From contig NW_025214935.1 of NCBI RefSeq assembly GCF_004010195.1, positions 22,055 to 55,632 of the forward strand: a stretch of 33,578 nucleotides of DNA. Reading direction: 5' to 3'. The notes below the pieces were generated by a model. The model worked only from the letters and a program-made list of their open reading frames with translations. It was not told where the DNA came from and did not search any database. How positions within the stretch are numbered: position 1 is the stretch's first letter; the number at the start of each line of letters is the position of its first letter. A program made the translations under genes and the position numbers. The stretch comes from Chiloscyllium plagiosum (taxonomy: Eukaryota). Shown here one piece after another: positions 23,061 to 33,490 of the stretch.

Positions 23061-23149
23061 TGTGTCTTACCCAGGTCTGGCATACCTGGCCTTATATTGT
23101 GTCTAACCCGGTTTGCATACCTGGCCTTATATTGTGTCTAACCCGGTTT
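23061..23149. repeat. 35-bp tandem duplication inside ERV pol
   Basis: GCATACCTGGCCTTATATTGTGTCTAACCCGGTTT at 23080-23114 and 23115-23149, preceded by a partial third copy. Confidence 0.9.
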
Positions 23150-23284
23150 TGCTGGGAACTAAATGGGGCCAGAAGTTTGCACCTACCTGCTCATTTCCTT
23201 TGGAGGCTGTGTCAGTTGCTTCAGCATGAGCCGAACATTTGATAATGCCAGACTGGTTGGACAAAACCAGTAAGCTCTAAGGTA

Positions 23285-24530
23285 ACGATAAGGACACTTC
23301 ACTCCCCAGTGGCCATACCTCCCACAGTTACAGCAAGGGCCTGCCATTCAATCCTGGGAGAATTAGCTGTTTTGTTCCCAGTCCCAAAGGTGTAGTACTG
23401 GGGCCTGCCTGTCCCTCTTCCAGGGTCCCTTCAGGAAAGGGTTGCTCAGTAGTGGTTGCTGGATGGGCATCTGAGGTAGATTCCACCCCCAGTGGGTATG
23501 CTGGTCTCTATCAACCACATCAGGGTTGGCACACAGGGTATATGGCTCGCGAGGTCATGGACATATTTGGGGTTATTTTTCCCTGTAACTTGGATCGTGG
23601 TTTGCTCTGGCTCTGGCCATCCCAATAGAATACCACCACTCATCTCTTTTGAGACCGGGAATTCTTGGACCAGTTCATATTGTTTGTCTGGATCATATCA
23701 GTGACACCACATTGCAAAAACATAACATTAGACAAAGGTGAGTCAGCTTCAAGATTAAAGGCTTGATCACCTGCAAATGTTCTGTAACAGGGCACAAGCT
23801 GTTCCCAATAATCACCTTCTGACTCCCAGGGTTTGGGATTGCATTCCAGTCCATCACCAATGTTTACAGGTTGTTGTTCAGATCATTCTAACGACTGGGT
23901 TGAATGGTCTGCCTGGGCATCATTGTTGGGGAATCTCTCCTTCAAGTCCCCGTAACTGTGGACAGGCCCAGCACCACCCTGGCCACTTGGTAACTTCTGC
24001 AGGGACAGGATAATATAGCAAAGAGCAAACAAGGAGGAGTGGCATTGTCCTTGGGACATACTGAGCAAATAAAGCCAGTTTCTCCTTGTGGCCAGGGGCT
24101 TTATTCATTAACATTACTCTGTTTCCCGGGACAGGTACTGGTTAAGGGTGGTCCAGGCCGCTCATCCCAATGATGTTGGCTATGAAGCCGGTGACTGATA
24201 GTGGATCCTTTATCTTCAGAGTAAGGGGAAGGTTTGGGAATCGGGGGTGTGCGGGGGACTATCAGGAGATGTTAGGGACTCAGCGGGTATTCTGGAATCA
24301 AATCCCCATTCCTCATCCCTATCAGTGTCATCGCCTTTCATAAATAGTGTCGGTATGCCAGACATAGGTTCAGGATCCCAAGTAGAACTTAGTTCTTTTT
24401 ACTGCGCTTTTACTTCAACTCCTTTTTTTACGCTCTACTTCCAACACATTCCATCAGATTGCCTCCTTTTATTGCTAATGGGATGTACAATGCTCAATTT
24501 GTTTTAAGGGAGGGTCCAAGTGAACACTAA
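23285..24530 (-). pseudogene. gag: ERV gag remnant
   Basis: CCNCGRYGHWGVKC (CX2CX4HX4C) at 23335-23294. MHR-like PKPWESEGDYWEQLVPCYRTFAG at ~23835-23770. Acidic/Pro-rich GDDTDRDEEWD..PKPSPY upstream. The upstream boundary is approximate. Confidence 0.75.
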
Positions 24531-25309
24531 TCAATGCAGCCATGCTTCAAATTAACCATGAGGCACTGATACAGATTTTCGACAATGTAGTAAGGTATAA
24601 AAACCAAACAATCTTGTCCATTAATTCTAATTATGTAATTCAGGACTAATAGAAATGGTTTAAAAATATTGACTAATTTAACCATATTCTGTAATTGAGA
24701 GATGGAAACTAAACAAGTGGCTGAGACATTTCACTGTTAATTAATAAGAACAAACGGATTTTCATGTCACAAAAATGATGTAAATCTACTTAGGGTTGTA
24801 TACATTAAATTGTATCAGAATTGCTCTATTACGTGCATATTCCACTCAGCTATTAAATTACAAGTTTTCTTCCTATTGAGTACAAATTCTGTTAAGAGTC
24901 TTCAATATAAACTGGAATTTCACTTATTAAAAATCTAAGTTTCCAACTCTGAAATCCATTATAATTACCTGGTTCGAATCTCTCAATTTAGGTCTTAAGT
25001 TTGGTTCTTTAAGTGGTTCTGATAATCATTGCTCATTTCTATTATTACAGGCTGCGAAATGACTGCAGTTGCATTCCTAAATGTCTTGTCTACTCAAATT
25101 TATTTTTGAGAATGTGATGAGGTTTATGGTAACAAAATGTTTCTTATGCACAAATAATGACTAATCTAAAGACACAGATATTAACAATAGCATCTTTGTT
25201 ACATGAATTTTACAAAATAATGTTGAGCTGAAACCTCAATTCTCAGTGAGGAAGGGAAATTGAACTAGAATAAAGCTACAGCTGGCACTCTGTACTCACA
25301 TACAGAAGA

Positions 25310-25655
25310 TTTTCTGAGAGAAAACATTTTCAGCCAGTGGGTGGTGTGGGGCTGGAATGTTTGCCTGGGAGGATAGTGAGCAAAGGGTTCAGATACACAC
25401 TTCCTTGAAAGTGCTGTCACAGGTAGACAGGGTGGTGAAGGTAGTGTTTGGCACGCTTGCCTTCATCGGTCAGAGCACTGAGCGTAAGAGCTGGGATGTC
25501 TTGTTGGTGAGGCCACTTTTAAAATACTGCATACAGTTCTGGATGGCCTACTATAGGAAGGATATTATTAAAGTAGAAAGGATTCAGAAAAGATTTATTT
25601 GGAGGTTACCAGGACTGAACAAGTTACAAGGAAAGACTGGACATGCTTGGAATTT
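25310..25655 (+). mobile_element. CR1 ORF2 C-terminal fragments
   Basis: QVDRVVK..FGTLAFIGQS..LVRPLLKYCIQFW..ERIQKRF. Confidence 0.85.
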
Positions 25656-25659
25656 ACCC

Positions 25660-26450
25660 CCAGGTGATGTGGTGCCAATCGAGTGGGTTGCTTTGTCTTG
25701 AGTGGTGTCAAGCTTCTTGAGTGTTGTTGGAGCTGCATCCATCCAGGCAAGTGGGGAGTATTCCATCACACTCCTGACTTGTGCCTTGTAGATGGTGGAT
25801 AGACTTTGGGGTGTCAGGAGGTGGGTTACTTGCTGCAGTATCCCTAGTCTCTGACTTGCTCTTGTAACCACTGTGTGTATGTGGCATGTCCAGTTGAGTT
25901 TCTGGTCAATGGCAACCCCAAGGATGTTGACAGTGGGGAATTCAATTATGGTAATGCCGTTGAATGACAAAGGGTTAGATTGTCTCTTATTGATGATGGT
26001 CATTGTCTGGCATTTGTGTGGCCTGAATATTACTTGCCACTTGTCGGCCCAAGCCTGGATATTATCCAGATCTTGTTGCTTTTGAGCACGGATTGATTCA
26101 GTATCTGAGGAGTCATGAATGGTCCTGAACACTGTGCAATCATCAGTGAACATTCTTACTTCTGACCTGATGACAGAGCAGCTGAAGATTGTTGGGCCTC
26201 ATGAGGGACTCCTCGGGGAGTCCTGTGTGACTCCTACAGAGATGTCCTGGAGCTGATGATTGACCCTCAACAACCACAACCATCTTCCTTTGTGCCAGGT
26301 ATGACTCTAACCAGTGGAGTGTCTGCCCCCCGATACCCAGTTTTGCCAGGGCTCCTTGATGCCATTCTTGGTCAAATGCAACCTTGATGTCAAGGGCTGT
26401 CACTCTCACCTCACTTCTGGAATTCAGTTCTTTTGTCCATGTTTGTACCA
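25660..26450 (-). mobile_element. CR1/L2-like LINE RT fragment
   Basis: EVRVTALDIKVAFDQ.WHQG, MFTDDCT, QQDLDNIQAWADKWQV.F.PHKC, LSTIYKAQVRSVMEYS. Confidence 0.9.
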
Positions 26451-26477
26451 AGTCTGTAATAAGTCTGGTGTTAGCCC

Positions 26478-26812
26478 TCTTCAACACATTATCTGGGCTG
26501 ACACCAATTGTTAAAGTTAACCTGAGATGTAACTTTTTAAAAAAGTTTTGTGATTTACATATGAAAGAAGTGAAATTAACATGGTCATTCTATCAGATGA
26601 GAGACTTAACAAACAAACAAGATATTTTTCAATATATAATTTCAGTTACATCACACTGTAAACATTTGCTATAAATTCTGTGTCTTACAATTGTGTCCTC
26701 CACAGCCATCTGATGAAGGAGCAGCGTTCCGAAAGCTAGTGTGCTTCCAATTAAACCTGTTGGACTATAACCTGGTGTTGTGTGATTTTTAACTTTGTAC
26801 ATCCCAATCCAA
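26478..26812 (+). mobile_element. Penelope 3'UTR/terminal repeat fragment
   Basis: Ends in a hammerhead motif plus AAACCTGTTGGACTATAACCTGGTGTTGTGTGA, shared with the GIY-YIG-bearing copy at ~30050-30085. Confidence 0.8.
26707..26741 (+). ncRNA. Minimal type I hammerhead ribozyme motif, intact core
   Basis: CAU-CUGAUGA-A-GGAGC-agc-GUUCC-GAAA-GCUA-GUG, with palindromic AGCU in place of stem III. Confidence 0.8.
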
Positions 26813-26814
26813 CT

Positions 26815-27585
26815 CAAGACTTCCTATTCATATACATATCCAGATGCTTTTTAAATGTTGTAATTGTACCAGCCTCCAGCACTTTCTCTGGCAGCTCATT
26901 CCATATACGCACCACTCTCTGCATGAAAATGTCATCCTTTTGATCACTTATAAATCTTTCCCCTCTCACACTAAACCTATGCCATCTAGTATTGGACTTT
27001 TGTACCTTGAAAAAAATATATTGTTTATTTACACTATCCATGTCCCTCATGATTTTATAAACCTTTCTAAGATCACCCCTCAGACTCTGACACTCCAGGG
27101 AAAATAGCCCCAACCTCTTCCTCTAGCTCAAACCCTCCAAACCTGGCAACATTGTAAATCTTTTCTGCTACCCAAGTATCACAACATTGTTCCTTACGCA
27201 GAGAGATCTGAACTGAATGCAATATTCTAAAAGTGTCCTTTACAGCCATAACATGACATCTTAGCAACTATACTCAATTCACAGACGAATAAAGTCAAGT
27301 GTGCCAAATGTTTTCTTCAAGGACCTGTTTATCTGTGACTCCACTTTCAAGGAACTATGAATCTGCACTTCAAGGTGCCTGTGTTTGGCAATCATATCTT
27401 ACCAGTAAATGTGTAAGTCCCGCTTTGATTTGCCTCACCAAAATTCAGCACCTCACATTTATCTAAATTAAACTCCATCTGCCATTGGCTCATCTGATCC
27501 AGGTCCCATTGTATTCTGAGGTAACCATCCTCACTGTCTACACAACCACCAACTGTGGTGTCATCTGCAAACTTACTAAACATAC
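26815..27585 (-). mobile_element. CR1 LINE 3' fragment
   Basis: SKFADDTTVGG, WQMEFNLDKCEV, LGLFSLE..LRGDL.KVYKIM, RVVRIWNELPEKV. Confidence 0.92.
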
Positions 27586-27587
27586 CT

Positions 27588-28150
27588 ACATGGCAGATGA
27601 AGTCCAATGTGGAGAAGTGTGAGGTGATAGATTTCGGGCAGAAGAACAGTCAATAGACAATTTGGCATCCAAATCAAAAAGGGGTTTACAGGAGCAGAGT
27701 GTACATGGACTTATGGAGTCTATGTTGGCAGGACAGGCTGAGTCAACATCTTATAAAGAACGCTGTCTCCTGGTCCTTGTTCACAGTGACAGAGACTGCG
27801 AGATCAGTGAGGTGTTGTGTTTTTATAAGGCACCAGTTCAGCTGGAGCATCGTTTCCAGTTTTGGAAACCACACGATCAGAAGGATTGTGGAGACAATCA
27901 AGATAAAGTCAAACAGGTTTACAAGAAAGCTCCTGGGGATGAGCATGCTCAGTTTGTTTCATCGCTTGGAGGAGTTAGAGCTGGTTTCCTGAGGAAGACT
28001 TGGCTGAGGAAGGATCAGAGTGAAGTCTACAAAATGATGTGAGGCCTGGGCTGGATTAGAGGAGAATAAGGGTCTCACTCACAAAGAGACTGAGTCCAAG
28101 AGGCACCAGATTGAAAGAACTTGGTTAAAGCTGCTGAAGTAAGATGAGGA
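27588..28150 (+). mobile_element. Older CR1 3' fragment
   Basis: WQMKSNVEKCEVI.FG, LEHRFQFWKPH, LRKDQSEVYKMM. Confidence 0.8.
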
Positions 28151-28344
28151 AAATACTGATTTTGTTTGAAATAATATTGAAACATTTATAAATGTTTACA
28201 AAGGCAACAAATTATTTGATGATACCCTCTCAGGACTCTTTGGCATCCCCAGATTGGAAAAGGAAGAATGTAAAGAGTTAGTTTTGTATCTCTTCCCATG
28301 ACATACATGATATTTCTATCTGTGGAGCAAGACCCAAGATGCAG

Positions 28345-29105
28345 TTTCGTAACCACTTCCAAACCTTACACCTTTAATCTCCACCAGCACTAACATCCCT
28401 CACTATTTCTGTAATCTCCTCCAACCCCATTAATACTTCCCCATCTCAAACCTTCTCCAGCTAGTACATCCTTCCTCATCACTGTAAGCTCCTCCAAAAT
28501 CGACACTCCCATCTCTGTAACCTTTTCCAGCCCCATCTCTCTCACCTCCTCCAGGCTCTAAGCCCTGCCTTATCTTTGTATCCCAACTCCAGTCCATGCA
28601 CACTCTGTCATCTCCTTTAGCCCTAATACCCTTCATTAGCTCTGGAACCTCCTCCAGCATCTACATCCCTCCCTGTCACTGTAAACACCTCCAGCCTGTA
28701 CATCCTTCCCTATTTCTTCACCTTCAACAGCCCCTAAACCCTTCCCCATCTGTCACCTTCTGCAGCCCCAACACCCCTCCCTATCTTATCTCTGTAATCA
28801 CCTCCAGCCCTTACACCCCTCCCTATCTCTGTAATCTCCTCCAGCCCTACATCCCTCCCTATCTCTGTAACTTCCTCCAGTCTCCAAAACACCACCTAAT
28901 CACTGTAATCTTCTTCAGAATCCACACCCTGTCCTATATGTCATCTCCATCAGCCCCTATATGCCTTCATATCTCTGTAACCCCCTCTAGACCTTATAAC
29001 CCTTCCCCTATCTCTGTCACCTCTATCAGCCGTTACGTGCCTCACTATCTCTGTGACCCCCTCCAGTCCCACGCCCCTCCCAATCTCTGTAACTTCCTCC
29101 AAGAT
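28345..29105. repeat. Degenerate C/T-rich minisatellite (~35-bp unit)
   Basis: Recurrent CCTCCAGCCCTACATCCCTCCCTATCTCTGTAA-like units, best preserved at 28730-28880. Confidence 0.85.
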
Positions 29106-30115
29106 CTCTCAGACCATCACTCCCAGCAAACTACCCAGCCTTCAGGACAACTGCAACCACAACACCACACAGCCCAATCATGGCAACCTCTGCAACACGT
29201 CAGATCATCAACATGGATACTGCCATTACACATGGTAACACTGCTCACCACATACATGGCAGGTACTCATATGACTCAGCCAATGATGTCTAACTCATAC
29301 ACTACAAGCAAAGATGCCCTTAGGCATGGAATATTGGTAACACCATATAGATACTATGACAACGGATGAATGGACACCGCTCAGCAATCACCAGACAGGA
29401 ATGTTTCCTCTCAGTCGGGGAACACTTCAGCGTTAGGGACATTCAGTTTCCCATCTTTGGGTCAGCATTCTCCAAGATGACCTTTGAGATACATAACATT
29501 CTAGAATCACCAAGCAAGTTCTGGACCCAGGAAGACAACTTCAACCATGATCTTGGGGTTGACATTTAACCCCACATATGACATTTAACCCCACTATACT
29601 ATTGTGTATTAGTACAATCTTTGTTACTGTTTCGCTTTGACACCATCACCTTGATAACTTGCTATGACCCCTCTACATTATTTAGTTTGGAGAGTTTCGA
29701 TTATTCGTTAATATGCTGAGACCCTTGGGTGCGACTCTTATGCCTCTCTCGTTATTCCAGCTGTTTGTTTTGACTCCAGAGCTACCTTTTGCATCGTAGT
29801 CACTTATTCTTAATTTTTGTTATTATCTCTCTGCCTCAATTACTCGAATCACAGGTCACGCCTTCACTCGTTATTCAGCTGATGACACTTCACTCACAAT
29901 GTCTGACACTTTTGATCACCTCAACTTGTTATTCAGCATGTCGACACTCCACGCATACCATTTGCACAATCTTTTGATCTCTGCACCTGTGTGCCCCCCT
30001 CCACTTCACCTGAGGAAGGAGCAGTGCTCTGAAAGTTTGCGCTTTCAAATTAACCTGTTGGACTATAACCTGGGGTCATGTGACTTCTCACCCTGTCCAC
30101 AATTGGCACCTGCAT
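29105..30115 (+). mobile_element. Penelope-like element 3' part: GIY-YIG endonuclease remnant, 3'UTR and terminal hammerhead
   Basis: QPNHGNLCNT.., HGRYSYDSANDV*LI (VVY), ..IG.T, QRMNGHRSAITRQECFLSVGEHFS, KFWTQEDNFNHDLG. The Cys-motif linker suggests the Neptune clade. Confidence 0.85.
30007..30041 (+). ncRNA. Degenerate hammerhead ribozyme motif
   Basis: CAC-CUGAGGA-A-GGAGC-agu-GCUCU-GAAA-GUUU-GCG. Confidence 0.6.
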
Positions 30116-30876
30116 AACCATGAGAGTACATCGTCCAATAAGATCCAGTCTTTACTAAAGTAGGAGGGTGTTCGTAAACATCAAAACATTCGAAAATCGA
30201 TCTGAGAAAGAAGTCGAAAGTTTAGAGAAAAGTTTGGAACTTGTGTGTACTTCACTTTCCAACTTTATTTTCAAACAGAAACCTGTGCTGTAAAAAGCTT
30301 GCTCCCAAAACGTACAAAGTTTGACTGACATCTCATTCGAATTAGAAGTTCAGAAATTCTTTAACGGGGGAGGGGGGAGGAAGGAAAGGGTAAGCACAAA
30401 AGATACGAGAAATACCTTGTCCATATGCTCAGAATAACTTATTTTTTGAAAAGTGGACGTGAAAATAAAGTATAAAAAACATTTTTAAGCAATAAAAATG
30501 TAAAAGTCAGTTTGAAAGTTTCAGTTCCCGAAAACAGTCGGTAAAATGACAATATGAAGTCACGTCGTGATTCGGTACCCCTCCATCTCAGACAACAGAG
30601 TTAAACCTTATTGCCGACAGCTTTTCAAATATTTTTATCACACAAAGGCCACATTGCAAGACTTTCAACAAGTCAGCATTTTGGATAGTTCTAAATTTGT
30701 TCATTTTTTTTACATCTGATTAAAATAATCCAGCAGATCAAAGATGTGGAAGGAATTCAAAATGTTCAGAGAGCGTGCTCAGTACCAGCTGGTACACAAC
30801 GTTAGTCAGGTCCCAAGCTCGGGAATGTTATCTTTATGTTTTGTAGGTTGATACTAACTGCTTTAGTGGCTTCATT

Positions 30877-31235
30877 ACGTGAGGTTTATAAAACTATAAA
30901 GGGTATCGATAAGATGAATAGGCAGGGTCTTTTTCCCAGAATAGGGGAGTCCAGAACTAGAGGGCATAAGTTTAAGGTGAACGGGGAGGCAATTCAAAGG
31001 GACTGAAGGGGCAACTTGTTCACAGTGAGGGTGGAGCTGTAATAGAATGAGCTTCCAAAGGAAGTGGTGGAGGCTGGTACAATTACAGCATTGAAAAGGC
31101 ATCCGGGTGAGTACATGAGAGGAAGGATTTAGAAGGATTCGGAGAGCAGACATTTGAAACTACTTCAGTTCAGGATATTTGGTTGGCACAGACAGGTTGG
31201 ACTGAACGGTCTGTTTCCATGCTGTTTGACTCTAT
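30877..31235 (+). mobile_element. CR1 LINE 3' end
   Basis: EVYKTIKGIDK.., SRTRGHKFKV, and the 3'UTR hairpin region GGTCTGTTTCCATGCTG..GACTCTAT. Confidence 0.88.
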
Positions 31236-31263
31236 TGAAGCAAGAAATTAGGGAATGAAATTT

Positions 31264-31572
31264 GATTAGATTACTTAAAGTGTGGAAACAGGCTCTTCGG
31301 CCCAACAATTGCACACCGACCCACCAAAGCGCAACCCAAACAGACCCATTCCCCTATATTTACCCCTGCCCCTAACACCACGGGCAATTTAGCATGGCCA
31401 ATTCACCTGACCTGCACATTTTTGGACTGTGGGAGGAAACCGGAGCACCCGGAGGAAACCCGGGCCAGACACAGCGAGAATGTGTAATATCCACACAGAC
31501 AGTCGCCTGAGGTGGGAATTGAACCCGGGTCTCTGGCGCTGTGAGGCAGCAGTGCTAACCACTGTGCCACCC
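31264..31572 (-). mobile_element. HE1/V-SINE-type SINE, near full length
   Basis: GGTGGCACAGTGGTTAGCACTGCTGCCTCACAGCGCCAGAGACCCGGGTTCAATTCC head, core and (TAATC)n tail. Confidence 0.93.
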
Positions 31573-31744
31573 TAAATGTGCCCTTCTGAAGTATATAGGT
31601 CAGTTACGGATTAGTTAGGATATTCCCATCTCAAAGTGGGCACTGTTGGAAATTGGGCTCTGTTTAAAACTAAATTTCCTAATATTTACTGAGGAGCATC
31701 AGGGTGCATTTAAATGCAAATGCAGCAACAATTAACTCTCCACA

Positions 31745-32125
31745 TTTCTCTCACACACACAGACACCCCCCACCCCACCCCGGCGTGCGTGCACACATAC
31801 TGACACACACGCAATTACACAGACACACACGGTCACAGACATTCCTGATGAAGGGCTTACGCCCGAAACGTCGATTCTCCTGCTCCTATGATGCTGCCTG
31901 ACCTGCTGTGCATTTGCAGCACGACATTCTCGACACGCACAGATACACGTCCACATGGACACGCAAATATACAGACACACAGATACACACAGACTCCCAC
32001 ACACACATAAACACCGACACACACACACACGCACCCCCCTCACATTCTCACTCTCTCCTTCTCTCTCACACACACACTCTCATCCAATTCATCACTCTCC
32101 CTCCCTCTCTTCCTCTGTGTGTGTG
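31745..32125. repeat. CA/CT-rich low-complexity tract enclosing a Penelope terminal fragment (~31840-31935)
   Basis: Imperfect (CA)n on both sides of ATTCCTGATGAAGGGC..GATGCTGCCTGACCTGCTG. Confidence 0.85.
31841..31877 (+). ncRNA. Minimal hammerhead ribozyme motif, intact core
   Basis: CUGAUGA-A-GGGC-uuac-GCCC-GAAA-CGUC with palindromic ACGU; stem I is weak (UC/GA). Confidence 0.7.
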
Positions 32126-32389
32126 AATGAAAACAAAAGGGAAGCATCACAGAGGGCGAGAGGTCCCATTGACGACTATCAACAATTTCTCTGGTGTCAC
32201 ATGCTCCCTTTTCTCAGTGCATTGTTTGGGAAAAGAAGCAGTTGGCGTTCTTGGAAAGAAGGGCAAACAACCCCTCAGTTAAGGTGGGCATCATACTCGC
32301 ATCGTGAGCATCTGCCCGTGGTCATTGGCCAAAAGGGTTCCAATAGGTGACTAACAGTGCCCAGAGGGCCAGCCTCCAACGTACTGTCA

Positions 32390-32595
32390 ATGGGAGATGG
32401 GTGGGAGAGAGGGAACAGAGAGGGGAGAGGGAGAGAGAGAGAGTTGGGAGAGAGGAGAGAGTATGAGAATGGAAGAGACAGACAGACAGGGAGAGGAAGA
32501 TACAGCATCAGAAGGCAGAAAGAGAAGGGGAGAGTTAGAGAGGGAGGAAGAGATGGAGATGGAAAGAGAGGTGAGACAGTGGGATGTGAGAGAAA
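32390..32595. repeat. GA-rich low-complexity tract
   Basis: Purine-dominated GAGA/GGAG repeats. Confidence 0.9.
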
Positions 32596-33094
32596 TTTCT
32601 TGATGAAGTGAATAAACTCTGTCAGTGAGCTGTGACCACAAACTTCCCAAATCCACCAGCAACAGGCAGTGAAGAATGGAGGTTTTAGTCAAAGGCGAGG
32701 GAGAATTTGTCCTGATGCCCTAGCAATTATCTCGCCCATAACCAACAGCACCTGGGAAAAATAAATTCAATGTGGTCACGATGGCATTGTTGTTGTGGCA
32801 TCAGTTCAGAACTGATAGTGCTCTTCTGTGTTCTCAAACAGTTGGAGGCACTGGATGGTAAAAGTATGTCTCTGGATAAGGGCAGGATGATGTGTCATTA
32901 ATAGATAGCAGTCACTCATCATCAGCGACAAACCGAACTATACAGAAAACATTGTTTCCCCAGAGACTGGTGGGCGGTCAGGGCCATGAGTAATGCTGAC
33001 CAATGTGGGCAAACCTAATAGTGTTCCCCCTTGTATCCCCCTGCACTGTCTTATGTCACGATCTGGACACTGGTAATGGCTGTCCTGGTGCCCA

Positions 33095-33490
33095 TCAGGC
33101 TGGGGTGCCCCAGTCGATGCCACCTTGAGCAGTCAAGCTGTGGATATGGGTGCTGGCTGTGCCATGCTGGGGTTGGAAGGTGGGGAGATTGTGCCTGACG
33201 TTGGGAGTAGTGCCCGAGATGTGGCTTGGTGGTGATGGTGGGGTCAAGCTGTCCCTGCGACCCTCCAGGCTGTGGAAGTGGGTAATGTGAAAGCGGATCT
33301 CCAGCTGGTGGACCATACGGCGGAGGCTGCTGAAGGTGAACATGGTTTCAATGAGCAGGAAAGCAATAAAGACCAGATTCACACCGTACTCCAGGGGCAG
33401 CACCATGAACCGTGGGTTACAGCAATCAAACAGCGTCATGGGGATTTGCAGCAGCAAGCTCAGCAACCAGAAACCAGCCAACTCTGGTAC
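33095..33490 (-). CDS. TMEM17: Last coding exon of a transmembrane protein 17-like gene (ciliary transition-zone TMEM17/216/80 family)
   Basis: Pyrimidine tract plus CAG acceptor at 33493-33491, then VPELAGFWLLSLLLQIP..LPLEYGVNLVF..LRRMVHQLEIRFHITHF. This matches TMEM17 VPELAGFWLLSLLLQLP..LPLE..LRKMVNQLAVRFHL. TGA at 33097-33095. Upstream exons lie outside the window; it may be a paralog. Confidence 0.88.
   Translation of the reverse strand, partial: VPELAGFWLLSLLLQIPMTLFDCCNPRFMVLPLEYGVNLVFIAFLLIETMFTFSSLRRMVHQLEIRFHITHFHSLEGRRDSLTPPSPPSHISGTTPNVRHNLPTFQPQHGTASTHIHSLTAQGGIDWGTPA

Larger units (their letters stand above)
22070..23275 (-). pseudogene. pol: ERV pol remnant: RNase H C-terminus and internally deleted integrase
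   Basis: IIKCSAHAEATDTASKGNEQ (RNase H); LGKEGMV..WWHPNFQKAAKKRAEAWLIC (HHCC region); LQLDFIELS..LVIDVFS (first catalytic Asp); KLEPQWKGSYLILQVTRTAVKVRGRPE*TH (GPY/F domain). Confidence 0.85.
17845..24530 (-). mobile_element. Endogenous retrovirus remnant (class I, gamma/epsilon-like): gag, partial pol, env, PPT and start of 3' LTR
   Basis: Colinear minus-strand motifs: gag CCHC knuckle, RNase H C-terminus, integrase, env SU and TM, polypurine tract, then TG. Interrupted by a CR1 (18554-21138) and a Penelope fold-back (22276-22580). Confidence 0.9.

Noticed and set aside
25030..25120. Splice acceptor (..TTATTACAG at 25050) as second exon of the GPR139-like gene
   Set aside because: The downstream sequence has no GPCR similarity and closes quickly.
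24530..25310. ERV 5' LTR, primer-binding site or upstream accessory ORF
   Set aside because: I found no match to the 3' LTR start at 17845-17895 and no convincing PBS or ORF.
28596..29369. 257-aa ORF, the longest in the window
   Set aside because: It reads through a stop-poor minisatellite into an off-frame Penelope remnant; no recognisable domain.
31515..31572. tRNA gene (A and B boxes; also at ~8165-8222 and ~19930-19987)
   Set aside because: These are tRNA-derived SINE heads continuing into SINE core and tail.
31704..32692. ORFs rich in His/Thr, Cys/Val or Arg/Glu
   Set aside because: Translations of CA- and GA-rich low-complexity DNA.
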